Positions 53,856 through 64,000 of a stretch of 64,000 nt of DNA are shown here, one piece after another; position 1 is the stretch's first letter, and each line of letters begins with the position of its first letter. The position numbers and the translations under genes are program-made. Under the pieces are notes generated by a model. It saw only the letters and a program-made list of their open reading frames with translations, was not told where the DNA came from and ran no database searches. Source of the stretch: Octopus sinensis (taxonomy: Eukaryota); NCBI RefSeq assembly GCF_006345805.1, contig NC_043018.1:16678001-16742000 (forward strand), given 5' to 3'.

Positions 53856-54558
53856 TATGCATATAGTTTTGTTTAAGAATTATATATACATATATACACG
53901 CAAGTATATGTGAGGACATGCAGAGAGATGGAGAATATCAGTGACTAACGGGGAACGTCTGTTCAATGAAACCTGAAAATATGTTCCGTGATGAGATGAC
54001 AGTTTTCTAGTTATAGATGATCTTAGCTTACGGGAGATCTCAGAAAAAGATTACTTGTTTTGTAGAAACTATAGAAACAAGATAGCTATCAATAACATTG
54101 TGCAACTCTTTATATTATATCCATAGCGGAAAATCGTCAGTTATGTTTCCAGATTACCCATCAATCGTAGAAAATTCTCAGCTTAGTCAAAGCGGATCTT
54201 TCAATCTTTGATTTCAGAAAACTTCCTATAGATTCTGTTATTCAATACAATGATGTAATAACTAAAGTAATTTCCAACACTATCACACCACCCCACTACA
54301 CCATACACCATCATACCACACAACACCACATCACATACACTAGCGCTGACCACTTCCCAGCCCCACATCCACACACCTACACATACACACACGTCAAGGT
54401 CACCAGCCCTCTTTCACACGCACATACATACTCGTTTTGGGATCACCGCTACTTTATTTATCTCCCCTTCTTCCTAGCTCTCCTGTGTGACCCCTCTCTC
54501 CGGCATTTGCCATGATAGATCGCTGGCCACAACACATTCTTTATTTTCTCTCCTTGTT

Positions 54559-54596
54559 TCTTTCTGTGGAAGAGCGTAGGCTCGAAACGTTAAAGA
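54559..54596 (+). ncRNA. Minimal hammerhead motif (variant core) in a PLE-like end running into (TA)n
   Basis: TCTTT-CTGTGGA-A-GAGC gtag GCTC-GAAAC-GTT-AAAGA; stems intact, core A6 altered. Confidence 0.5.
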
Positions 54597-54683
54597 CTTT
54601 TTCACTTCCCAAGCGTCATACTAATACATCTGTTTGTTGTCTACATCACCTGTCTTCGTCATTTGCTTTTTTGTGACTTTTCC

Positions 54684-54718
<35 letters not shown>

Positions 54719-54720
<2 letters not shown>

Positions 54721-55003
54721 CGCAGGAGTGGCTGTGTGGTAAGTAGCTTGCTTACCTACCACCTTGGGCAAGTGTCTTCTACTATAGCCTCTGGCCGAGC
54801 AAAGCCTTGTGAGTGGATTTGGTAGACGGAAACTGAAAGAAGCCCGTCGTTTATATGTATATGTGTTTACGTCCCCGTAAATTAGCGGTTCGGCAAAAGT
54901 TCCACTGCATGGCACTTAGGCAAGTGTCTTCTACTATAGCCTCGGGCCGACCAAAGCCATATGAGGTGGATTTAGTTGACGGAAACTGAAAGAAGCCCGT
55001 CGC

Positions 55004-55074
<71 letters not shown>

Positions 55075-55255
55075 TGTATGCTTGTGTGTAGGTTCCCCAC
55101 CGTCGCTTTGAGAACCGATACTGGTGTGTTTACGGCCCCCATAACTTAGCGGTTCGGCATAAGAACGAATACTAGAGTTGATATGTTCGACTAAAGGGCG
55201 GTGCTCTAGCATGGCCGCAGACAAATGACTGAAACAAGTAAAAGAATAAAAGAAT
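54719..55255 (+). mobile_element. Two fused, internally deleted SINE family B copies
   Basis: The CACCTTGGGCAAGTGTCTTCTACTATAGCC block occurs twice (~54760 and ~54912). Confidence 0.8.
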
Positions 55256-55831
55256 GCACGCACATGCAGCCATACCTCATATGTAACCCATTCAGTCATA
55301 GGAACGTAATTGTCTGAGTAGGGAAGAAGAAAGCGTTTAAACGAGTGACTTGACTGGGTCATAGCGTATCACCAACACACAGTCATTCATTTTCGTTGAC
55401 ATACGATCATTTGTACATTTTTTGTTCAAATTCTGCTGTATTTTTAATATAAATTTTAATGTCAGGCGTAGTTTTATATTTGTATATATATATCCCAAAT
55501 ATTTCTTTGCAAATATTATATGTTCAAAATGTAACTTTAGAAAGCACATATTATTCCATTATTAATCAAACAAGGCAACTTATTCAACGGTAAAAAAAAA
55601 AAAAAAAAAACTGGACTTACAACTATCTTTTCAAAAAGGGGAAACCAGCATTATGTTACCGAAGCGAATATTTTACAATTTAGAACTGGCATTCTATTGT
55701 CACTTAAAATATATAAAATTACTCTTATTTCACAAATAAGTCATTCACACACTCACACACACTTATACGCAATTTTGAGTGTGTACGTATATATGTATGT
55801 ATGTGTGTTTGTGTATGTATGTGTATATGTA

Positions 55832-56215
55832 TGGAGGTGCAATGGCCCAGTGGTTAGGGCAGCGGACTCGCGGTCATAGGATCGCGGTTTCGATTCCCAG
55901 ACCGGGCGTTGTGAGTGTTTATTGAGCGAAAACACCTATAGCTCCACGAGGCTCCGGCAGGGGATGGTGGTGATCCCTGCTGTACTCTTTCACCACAACT
56001 TTCTCTCATTCTTACTTCCTGTTTCTGTTGTACCTGTATTTCAAAGGGCCGGCCTTGTCACTCTCTGTGTCACGCTGAATATCCCCGAGAAGTACGTTAA
56101 GGGTACACGTGTCTGTGGAGTGCTCAGCCACTTACACGTTAATTTCACGAGCAGGCTGTTCCGTTGATTCGGATCAACCGGAACCCTCATCGTCGTAACC
56201 GACGGAGTGTTTCCA
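55832..56215 (+). mobile_element. SINE family C, full length
   Basis: Near-identical to 42162-42546. Confidence 0.92.
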
Positions 56216-56825
56216 ATGTGTGTATATGTATGTATGAATGTAACTATCTGTCTATCCACCTATCTCTCTTTGAAGTGAATGATGACGCAATACATTTTAG
56301 TAGAGTATATTTCTCAATTTTTTAAAAAAATGTTTATCTATGATTTCTGCATGCTTACAACCATCGAACTGTCTGATGACTCAAACTTTTGATGTCCTTG
56401 TCTGCCTTTCCTTGCCATGGGTTATATAAACTTGGTTGAACTCATAATGCTTTAGTTGGACAGACTCGGAATTTTCCTCCAGGTAAAGAAACTTTATCGA
56501 TGAGGCCCTTCTCCAAGAAGGGTATATTGGCCTCATTCCCTACTGAATTCGGATTCTACCGTTTTCTAGTTCCATAGATCTGTAATCTAGACAAGTGAAC
56601 AAACCCATCGTGGCAATAAGTACGACAGCTGAAAGAAGGTCAAGGTGGTTACGCATCATAAGAGACTGCAGGTGGAACTCTTCTGCTCTACGCAGGAAGG
56701 GTTTCCTATATTCTGATGGATTTACAAAAGGTTGCAATCATCTGAGTAGCTCCGGGAAAAAGCACCGATGATGTTTATTTCACTTATACATACATACATA
56801 CATACATACAAACAAGCACTCATGC

Positions 56826-57190
56826 ATGGATGGAACCTACACTCGCCTCCTTATGAGAGCTCAAAATCTCTCGTGGAAGCGTCATCCAACCAAAATGCAA
56901 ATATATGGGAAACTACCACCTGTGTCATCTCTTGTGAAAGGTAGGAGAGTCCAGTTTGCTGGACATTGTTGTAGAGCTGAAAAAGAAGTAATTTTTACTC
57001 TTCTCCTCTGGAAGCCATCTACTCGCAATACCAGAGGGCGCACACTCTCATACCCTGATGTAATCTCCAGGGATACAGGCATCCAGCAACAGGACCTCCG
57101 TAATGCCATGATGGACCGTGAAGTCTGGTGTAACATAGTAAATTCCATTGTCTCGACCACAGTTGAACAATGATGATGATGATGATGATG
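56826..57190 (+). mobile_element. RTE-clade LINE 3' end with (TGA)n tail
   Basis: ORF 56826-57173; near-identical to 15303-15676. Confidence 0.82.
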
Positions 57191-57241
57191 CATATATATA
57201 TATATGCATATATATATTTGAAAAAAAAAGGAATAAAAATA

Positions 57242-57590
57242 GGTGTAGGAGTGGCTGTGTGGTAAGTAGCTTGCTTACCAACCACATGGTTCCGGGTTCA
57301 GTCCGACTGTGTTGGACCTCGGTCAAGTGTCTTCTCGGGCCGACCAAAGCCTTGTGAGTGGATTTGGTAGACGTAAACTGAAAGAAGCCCGTCGTATATA
57401 TGTATATGCGTGTGTCTGTGTTTATCCCTCCCTCCCACATTGCTTGATGCTGGTGTGTTTATGGCAAAGAGGCGATAGAATAAGTACTAGGCTTACAAAG
57501 AATAAGTCCAGGGTCGATTTGCTCGACTTAAAAAATATTGTGCTCCAGCATGGCCGCAGTCAAATGACAGAAACAAATAAAAGAGTAAAT
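57242..57590 (+). mobile_element. SINE family B, decayed
   Basis: Head and tail match the other copies. Confidence 0.82.
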
Positions 57591-58044
57591 GATAAAGAAA
57601 GAAATGGTTTTCCTGACAATTTTTCCACTTTAATAATTGAATGTTTACGAATGGTGACTCTGATCGGAGTTTTTCGCTTAAAAGCGGTTTTCAAGAAAGG
57701 AACTCCGCTCCAAGTCATCATTTGTAAACATCGAATTATTGAAGTGGAAAATTATCAGAAAAGCCACGCACATACACACACACATATGTATATATGTCGC
57801 CATGATAGAACATATATATATATACACACACACACATGTATATATACGTATATATACATACATATATATACAACCCATGCTAGTATGGAAAACGAACGTT
57901 AAATGATGATGATATATACACACATATATACATATTGTATATATATATATTATACTATACATATCATACACACACACACATATATAAATAATAGAAAAAG
58001 GAGAAAAACGCTCAAGATGTTATTAAATCATTTATATTTTCATG

Positions 58045-58131
58045 TCTCCTACATATGTTTCGATGGGTGCATCGAAAATACCTCCGACGGGATGCAAAAA
58101 GGTCAGTTATGATTCAATCTCTTCAGGGAGA
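58045..58131 (-). ncRNA. Type I hammerhead ribozyme motif with extended stem II
   Basis: TCTCC-CTGAAGA-GAT...TGCATC...GATGCA...ATC-GAAAC-ATAT-GTA-GGAGA: 5-bp stem I, canonical core with G-C closing pair, palindromic ACATATGT, GUA site. Confidence 0.72.
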
Positions 58132-59806
58132 ATGTAAATAACAGTACTCAACAAATAGACATTTTAGCATATATATGAAGCCCAAGAAAATGTGACGTAT
58201 AAATATGCATATGCAAACACGCACACATAGACGCAACATTTGTTTAGATAAGCACATACATTTTTTTACTAATATTACATATATGCATATAAACACAAAC
58301 ACACACACACATTGATATATACATACGCAAAAACATACACACACATATATATATATATAGAGAGAGAGAGACATATACACATATGTATATGTACGTATAT
58401 ATATGTGTGTATATATGTATGGATTTGCGTATGCATGTATGTATATATCAATGCATGTGTGTGTTTATATGGATATATGTAATATTAGTAAAAAAAATAT
58501 ATATGTTTACCTAAATACATGTTACGCGTACGTGTGTTTGTTTGCATGTGCATCACATTTTCTGGGGCTTCATATATCTGTTAAGATCATTCATTCTTGT
58601 GCAAGTATGTTTGACTTGCTAATCAACTATAGATTATTTCACTGCCCATTTTTCATTATTTCATGCAACTTTCTCCGTCTCCAACCTATCTGTTCAGCAA
58701 CACGTATGCCTTTATAATATACACACATTCACTCTCATTCTCAGTTTCGGCGGAGCCACTGCTTTCTCTTTCTGATTTTATTTTGTTATCTTTCCTTTTC
58801 AGTTTGGATATCTCTTCATTCATACTTTCATTAATTCCTCGCTAAATTTCCCGGTATATTCACCCGACTACCTGTCGTGTATGCAGCTAATTGCAGTCAA
58901 TTCCTCTCACTTAGAGACTGTCAATTTTCTTTTTTTTATATTTAAATAAATAACTCTCCTGTCTCTATATAATTCTTTGGTCCCTCTCACACAGAACAGC
59001 AACTGACATATATATTCCTGTTATAGAATAGAAACAACTAATTAAAGTGTCACCGCTCGGTGTTAGCAGATTTTTCTCCTTTTTCTAACATGTACATTGC
59101 ATAGAATGAATTTACATTCTAAATATTTAAATCGTTGCCAAGTTTGCTCTCTCTCTCTCTCTCTCTCTCGTTTTTCGTTGAATTCTACGTCTAGTTGCAG
59201 TGTCCTGTACTCACGTATATATATTTATATATGCATGTATAATATACATGTAGATGTAGGTACGCACATATATGTTTGTATGCATGCATATATTTTATTT
59301 ATTACATTATTGTCTGACAGCGCGTTCGCGTCAGGGTCGATTCGATTCGTCGTTTCGTCGCACTTCCCTTCCTCCCAGTTTTGTTATATATATATATATT
59401 GTAGTCTTATTCGCGTTATCATTATTGTTTTTACGTATTTTTGTATTTGCATTCGTGTAACATCGTCCGGATTTCCGTCCTTGTTTTGTATACATTCGAG
59501 GCTTTCTTCCAAGGAATCTAATGCGCTTGGCTTAGATTTTCCTTTGGGGCTGGCCAGATCGGAGGAATCTCAAGATTAATCAGCCGAAATTGCGAAGATG
59601 ATCCGGTTCTTGACTGAAGATTGAAGGCTTCGAATGTCCCGTCCCGTCCGTGTTTTTTGTATCGTCTTCTAAATGTTTCACGTTCTTGTCCCAGTTTGTA
59701 TTTTTTTACATTTACATTATATATATATATATATATATACCGGAGTAAACACATAAATGTGAAACAAGGTAGAAAAAAAGAGTACTCAAATAACAGTGGT
59801 AGAGTA

Positions 59807-59885
59807 ATATGCTTTATTTAAAGCAGCAGAAAATTCAACAAAATCAGATTTTGTTGAATTTTCTGCTGCTTTAAATAAAGCATAT
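59807..59885. repeat. Perfect palindrome, 39-bp arms with 1-nt spacer
   Basis: ATATGCTTTATTTAAAGCAGCAGAAAATTCAACAAAATC-A-exact reverse complement. Confidence 0.95.
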
Positions 59886-59943
59886 ATATATATATATATA
59901 TATACAATATATATCATATGTACATATATATATATATATTATA

Positions 59944-60011
<68 letters not shown>

Positions 60012-60025
60012 TACATATATACATA

Positions 60026-60062
<37 letters not shown>

Positions 60063-60499
60063 CATATATACATATGTACTATATATATATATATACTATA
60101 CATATATACATATGTACATATATAATATATATATATATACATATATACATATATACATATATATATATTATATATACATATATACATATACATATATATA
60201 ATATATATATATATACATATATATATATTATATATATATATACATATATACATATGTACATATATATATATATATATATATACATATATACATATGTACT
60301 CACACAAACAGACACACACAACATATGTATGTGTGTGTAATGCTATCATTATATAATAAATTTAAAGGCACAAAAGCCTCGGAAGATACTAATATATTTG
60401 TCAGGTGGGCTGAATTTACCAAAAACCATATGGAAATAACAAAACAAAGTCTTATTATTTACATTTGACAGATATTTTATCCTCATCTTTTTTGTTGTT

Positions 60500-60545
60500 G
60501 ACACAAGGTTTCGGCTGATATACCCTCCAGCCTTCATCAGGTGTC
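60500..60545 (-). ncRNA. Type I hammerhead ribozyme motif
   Basis: GACAC-CTGATGA-A-GGCTG gagggtatat CAGCC-GAAAC-CTT-GTGTC. Confidence 0.7.
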
Positions 60546-60593
60546 TTGAGGAAATTTCGTACCTGAATTCTCATTTCCAAGGGTTTTTTTCGA

Positions 60594-60637
<44 letters not shown>

Positions 60638-60719
60638 TCACTGCCTGGAATCAAACTCGCGATCTTGGGGTAGTAGCCCGCGCTCTCTTAACCACTACGT
60701 AGTGGTTAAGAGCGCAGGC

Positions 60720-60765
<46 letters not shown>

Positions 60766-60836
60766 GTAATAATAATAACAACAACAACATTAAAAAATAC
60801 CTTAGGAATGAGAACCCAGGCTCGAAATTTCCCCAA

Positions 60837-60882
60837 GACACCTGATGAAGGCTGGAGGGTGTATCAGCCGAAATGTTGTGTT
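60837..60882 (+). ncRNA. Type I hammerhead ribozyme motif
   Basis: GACAC-CTGATGA-A-GGCTG gagggtgtat CAGCC-GAAAT-GTT-GTGTT; consensus of the two arms restores GAAACGTT. Confidence 0.7.
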
Positions 60883-61375
60883 AACAACAAACAAGATGAG
60901 GACGAATATCCGTCAATTGTAAATAATTCCTCGTCTTGTTTATTATATTGTTGATTTAGACAAGTGTAAGAGGGATGTTGTGGTGGCCATAAAATGGATG
61001 GTCAGATACAACAAACTGAATAAATAAAGATTTTAAAAATATCAAGTATTGTCTGAAGAGGCCCAAGGGTGGTAGTGTGCACATGGGACCCCAGTGTGAC
61101 CAACATTTTGGCGGGGGACATAAAAGTGACGATATACATAATAAGTGAGAAGAGAATACGACGTGCTGGTCATGGTGGAGAGGCTTTAATCATAATCAGT
61201 CAGTGGTACAACTTAACAGCTGCCTCTTTGCAGTAATGGTCAAAACTGGTTCCGGTTTGTAGCAGTAGTTTGAAAAAGAATTGAGAAATTCCCATGTGAC
61301 CTGAATATTAGTCAGTACAGTAGGAGGGAGAGAGAGAGAGAGAGGGGGAGTGAGAGAGTGCGAGAGAGAGAGGAG

Positions 61376-61657
61376 ATATAGATAGAAAGACAGGTAAAGA
61401 GAGAGAACAAAAGAGAGAGGGGAGAGTGATTGAGAAAGAGGGAAAATAGACAAAAATATAGAATGAAAAAGAGAGGGAGAGAGAAAGCAAGAGGAGAAAG
61501 AGAGAGCAAGAGGATAGAGAGAGAGGGGGAGAGAACATATAGATAGAAAGACAGGTAAAGAGAGAGAACAAAAGAGAGAGGAGAGAGTGATTGAGAAAGA
61601 GGGGAAAATAGACAAAAAGATAGAATGCAAGAGAGAGGGAGAGAGAAAGCAAGAGGA
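61376..61657. repeat. Purine-rich tandem duplication, period 161 bp
   Basis: ATATAGATAGAAAGACAGGTAAAGAGAGAGAACAAAAG starts at 61376 and 61537. Confidence 0.85.
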
Positions 61658-61659
61658 TA

Positions 61660-61702
<43 letters not shown>

Positions 61703-62497
61703 ACGTTGGTGGAAGCTTGGAGAATTTAGAGATCTTCAGTTGACTGTTAATGAAGGAAAGATCCCTTTGATTGTGTTGTATGTAGAATAATAATTATGTA
61801 TGCAGGTGTACACATGCCTTTGCTAAGCACACACACACACACTTTCACACAGGTAGTTCTCAACTTTATGAGTAAATTTGCTCTTAATTATTGCTTGGTA
61901 ATCACCAACTTGTAAATCAGAAGGTATTTTTCCCAGAGAAACGAGCAGAAAACTAAAACAGATTTAGTTACCTCATTAACATTCTTTTGCTACCAACAGA
62001 ATGGCATGGTTGGATTGCAAAAATATCATAGTTCAGCGCTACAGTGGCTAGAAGGGTTTGCTGAATCTTGTCTTCTTAATTTGGTTCAGCTAATGGAAGG
62101 AAGTAGATCTTTGCTCAGACAAAGGAGGAGATGCCAAATTGGAAGGGATTCCGAAATGGAGGAGTTCTATATGAAAAGCATCCCTGAACATAGAAATTTG
62201 GGGATGAGGTTAATCAGTTATATCAAATCCTGTACTTGAGGAATGAAAGGGGCAGTTGCCCCTGGAGGGATTTGAACTCAGGAATTCATGGTATTTCTTC
62301 AGGCTCTTTGTGTTCTTAACATATTTAGCAGAGTTCCAGAATATCAGTTATATAACTTGGCAGTATTGATCTCAGGGGATGATTGCAACCTCAAAGGTCA
62401 CACACCTCTGTCTCCTGTAGGGAGTGGAGAGATGAGTCAATGAGAAAGTATTTCTTTGTATCCAATGTTTTCTCTCTTCAAGATTGGTAATTATACC

Positions 62498-62729
62498 TAT
62501 TTATTTACTACCCACAAGGGGCTAAACACAGCGAGAACAAACAAGGACAGCCAAACGGATTAAGTCGATTATATCGACCCCAGTGCATAACTGGTACTTA
62601 TTTAATCGACCTCGAAAGGATGAAAGGCAAAGTCAACCTTGATGGAATTTGAACTCGGAACGCAGCGGTGGACGAAATATGACTACACATTTCGCCCGGC
62701 GTGCTAACGATTCTGCCAGCTCGCCGCCC
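62498..62729 (-). mobile_element. SINE family A monomer, full length, 10-bp TSD
   Basis: TAATTATACC at 62488-62497 and 62730-62739. Confidence 0.9.
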
Positions 62730-63093
62730 TAATTATACCAACAGGTACATGACACAGGGGATCCACCACTATGTCACATGGCAACATGCATCTTTTTGAT
62801 GTAGGAAAAGATGGCATAGCCAAATGTGGAGCAACTTTGGTCATAAGTTTGCCCAACAAGAGGAGGACGAGGGGGAGGGAATAGATGAAGAAGTAGAGGA
62901 CGAGGAAAGAGAATAAGAAAAGACCACTATTGTGTGGTAGAGACCAATTGGTAGAGTGAAGCGAATTGAAGTGGACTTTGAAAGAATTACTTGTTAATAA
63001 TAAATGCCTGATTCTGTGACTTAGTCCAAACCGTATTCCTGATAGAATCACAGAGATTGGAAATGAACAAAAAATTAAAAAAATAGACATATA

Positions 63094-63278
63094 GGCACAG
63101 GAGTGGCTGTGTGGTAAGTAGCTTGCTAACCAACCACATGGTTCCGGGTTCAGTCCCACTGCGTGGCATCTTGGGCAAGTGTCTTCTGCTATAGCCCCGG
63201 GCCGACCAATGCCTTGTGAGTGGATTTGGTGGACGGAAACTGAAAGAAGCCTGTCGTATATATGTATATACATGTGTG

Positions 63279-63309
<31 letters not shown>

Positions 63310-63505
63310 TTGTCCCCCTAGCTTTGCTTGACAACCGATGCTGGTGTGTTTACGTCCCTGTCACTTAGCGGTTCGGCAAAAGAGACCGATAGAATAAGTA
63401 CTGGGCTTACAAAGAATAAGTCCCGGGGTTGATTTGTTCGACTAAAGGCGGTGCTCCAGCATGGCCGCAGTCAAATGACTGAAACAAGTGAAAGAGTGAA
63501 AGAGT
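63094..63505 (+). mobile_element. SINE family B, full length
   Basis: Head GGAGTGGCTGTGTGGTAAG, GGGTTCAGTCCC; tail GGCGGTGCTCCAGCATGGCCGCAGTCAAATGACTGAAAC. Confidence 0.92.
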
Positions 63506-63624
63506 ATACAAAATGAAATATTATGAAGTTTTCTATGTGGTGAACAGACTTGCTAGAAATACCAGGCAAATGTCCTTCAAATTGTTATCTAGGAAAGGGA
63601 GAGAACTCTTAGTCTTAAGATAAT

Positions 63625-63830
63625 ACTTTCTAATATAGGCACAAGGCCTGAAATTTTGGCATAAGGGAACTAGTTGATTACATCGATCCAGTATTTCACT
63701 GGTACTTAATCTATCAACCCTGAAAGGATGAAAGGCAAAGTCAACCTCAGAGGAATTTCAACTCAGAACGTAGTGACAGACGGAACACAGCTAAGCATTT
63801 TGCTAAAAATTCTGTCAGCTTGCCAATAAA
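63625..63830 (-). mobile_element. Decayed SINE family A, tail type 2
   Basis: AAAGGATGAAAGGCAAAGTCAACCTC...AACTCAGAACGT. Confidence 0.72.
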
Positions 63831-64000
63831 TAATGGTTTCAAATTTTGGCCCAAGATCAGCAATTTTAGAGGAAGGGAGTTAATTGATTGCATTGGCCCT
63901 AGAAGAATAGAAACAGAGTCAACTTTGGCAGCATTTGAACTCAATACATAAGAGAACTTGAAGAAATGCAGGCAAGCATTTTTGTCCAAGAATTCTGTCA

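Larger units (their letters stand above)
60454..60927. mobile_element. Head-to-head dimer of a tRNA-headed, (AAT)n-containing, hammerhead-tailed short element
   Basis: Arms are reverse complements around a 28-bp perfect palindrome at 60685-60712; left arm has B-box-like GAGTTTGATTCC; hammerheads at 60500-60545(-) and 60837-60882(+). Confidence 0.8.

Noticed and set aside
56400-56770. 65-aa ORF or possible LINE 5' UTR with hairpins
   Set aside because: No second copy in the window and no verifiable motif
62772-62786. X-box-like GTCACATGGCAAC
   Set aside because: Only one good half-site and no CpG-rich context

Overview
Eukaryotic, AT-rich, very repeat-dense DNA with no confidently identifiable host protein-coding exon; it reads as intronic or intergenic. 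The SINE families resemble those of octopus (coleoid cephalopod) genomes, recognised from memory and not verified. Contents: (1) many microsatellites, which explain almost all ORFs in the track; (2) an ~8.7-kb, ~112-copy 78-bp tandem array (16285-24994) running into a 100-N gap, stop-free in 4 of 6 frames; (3) about 25 tRNA-headed SINE copies from three main families, several with target-site duplications; (4) fragments of non-LTR retrotransposons (R4/Dong-type in TAA arrays, RTE, BovB-like RTE, CR1/L2-group, L1/Tx1), Tc1/mariner transposase remnants (DD41D and maT/DD37D-like) and two non-autonomous Helitrons. The least expected signal is a set of at least 9 minimal type I hammerhead-ribozyme motifs from several unrelated short elements, mostly next to (TA)n tracts. 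One belongs to a tRNA-headed, hammerhead-tailed element present as a head-to-head palindromic dimer (60454-60927). The window also has many local fold-back duplications and a near-perfect RFX X-box in a CpG-rich unique island at ~5.26 kb.
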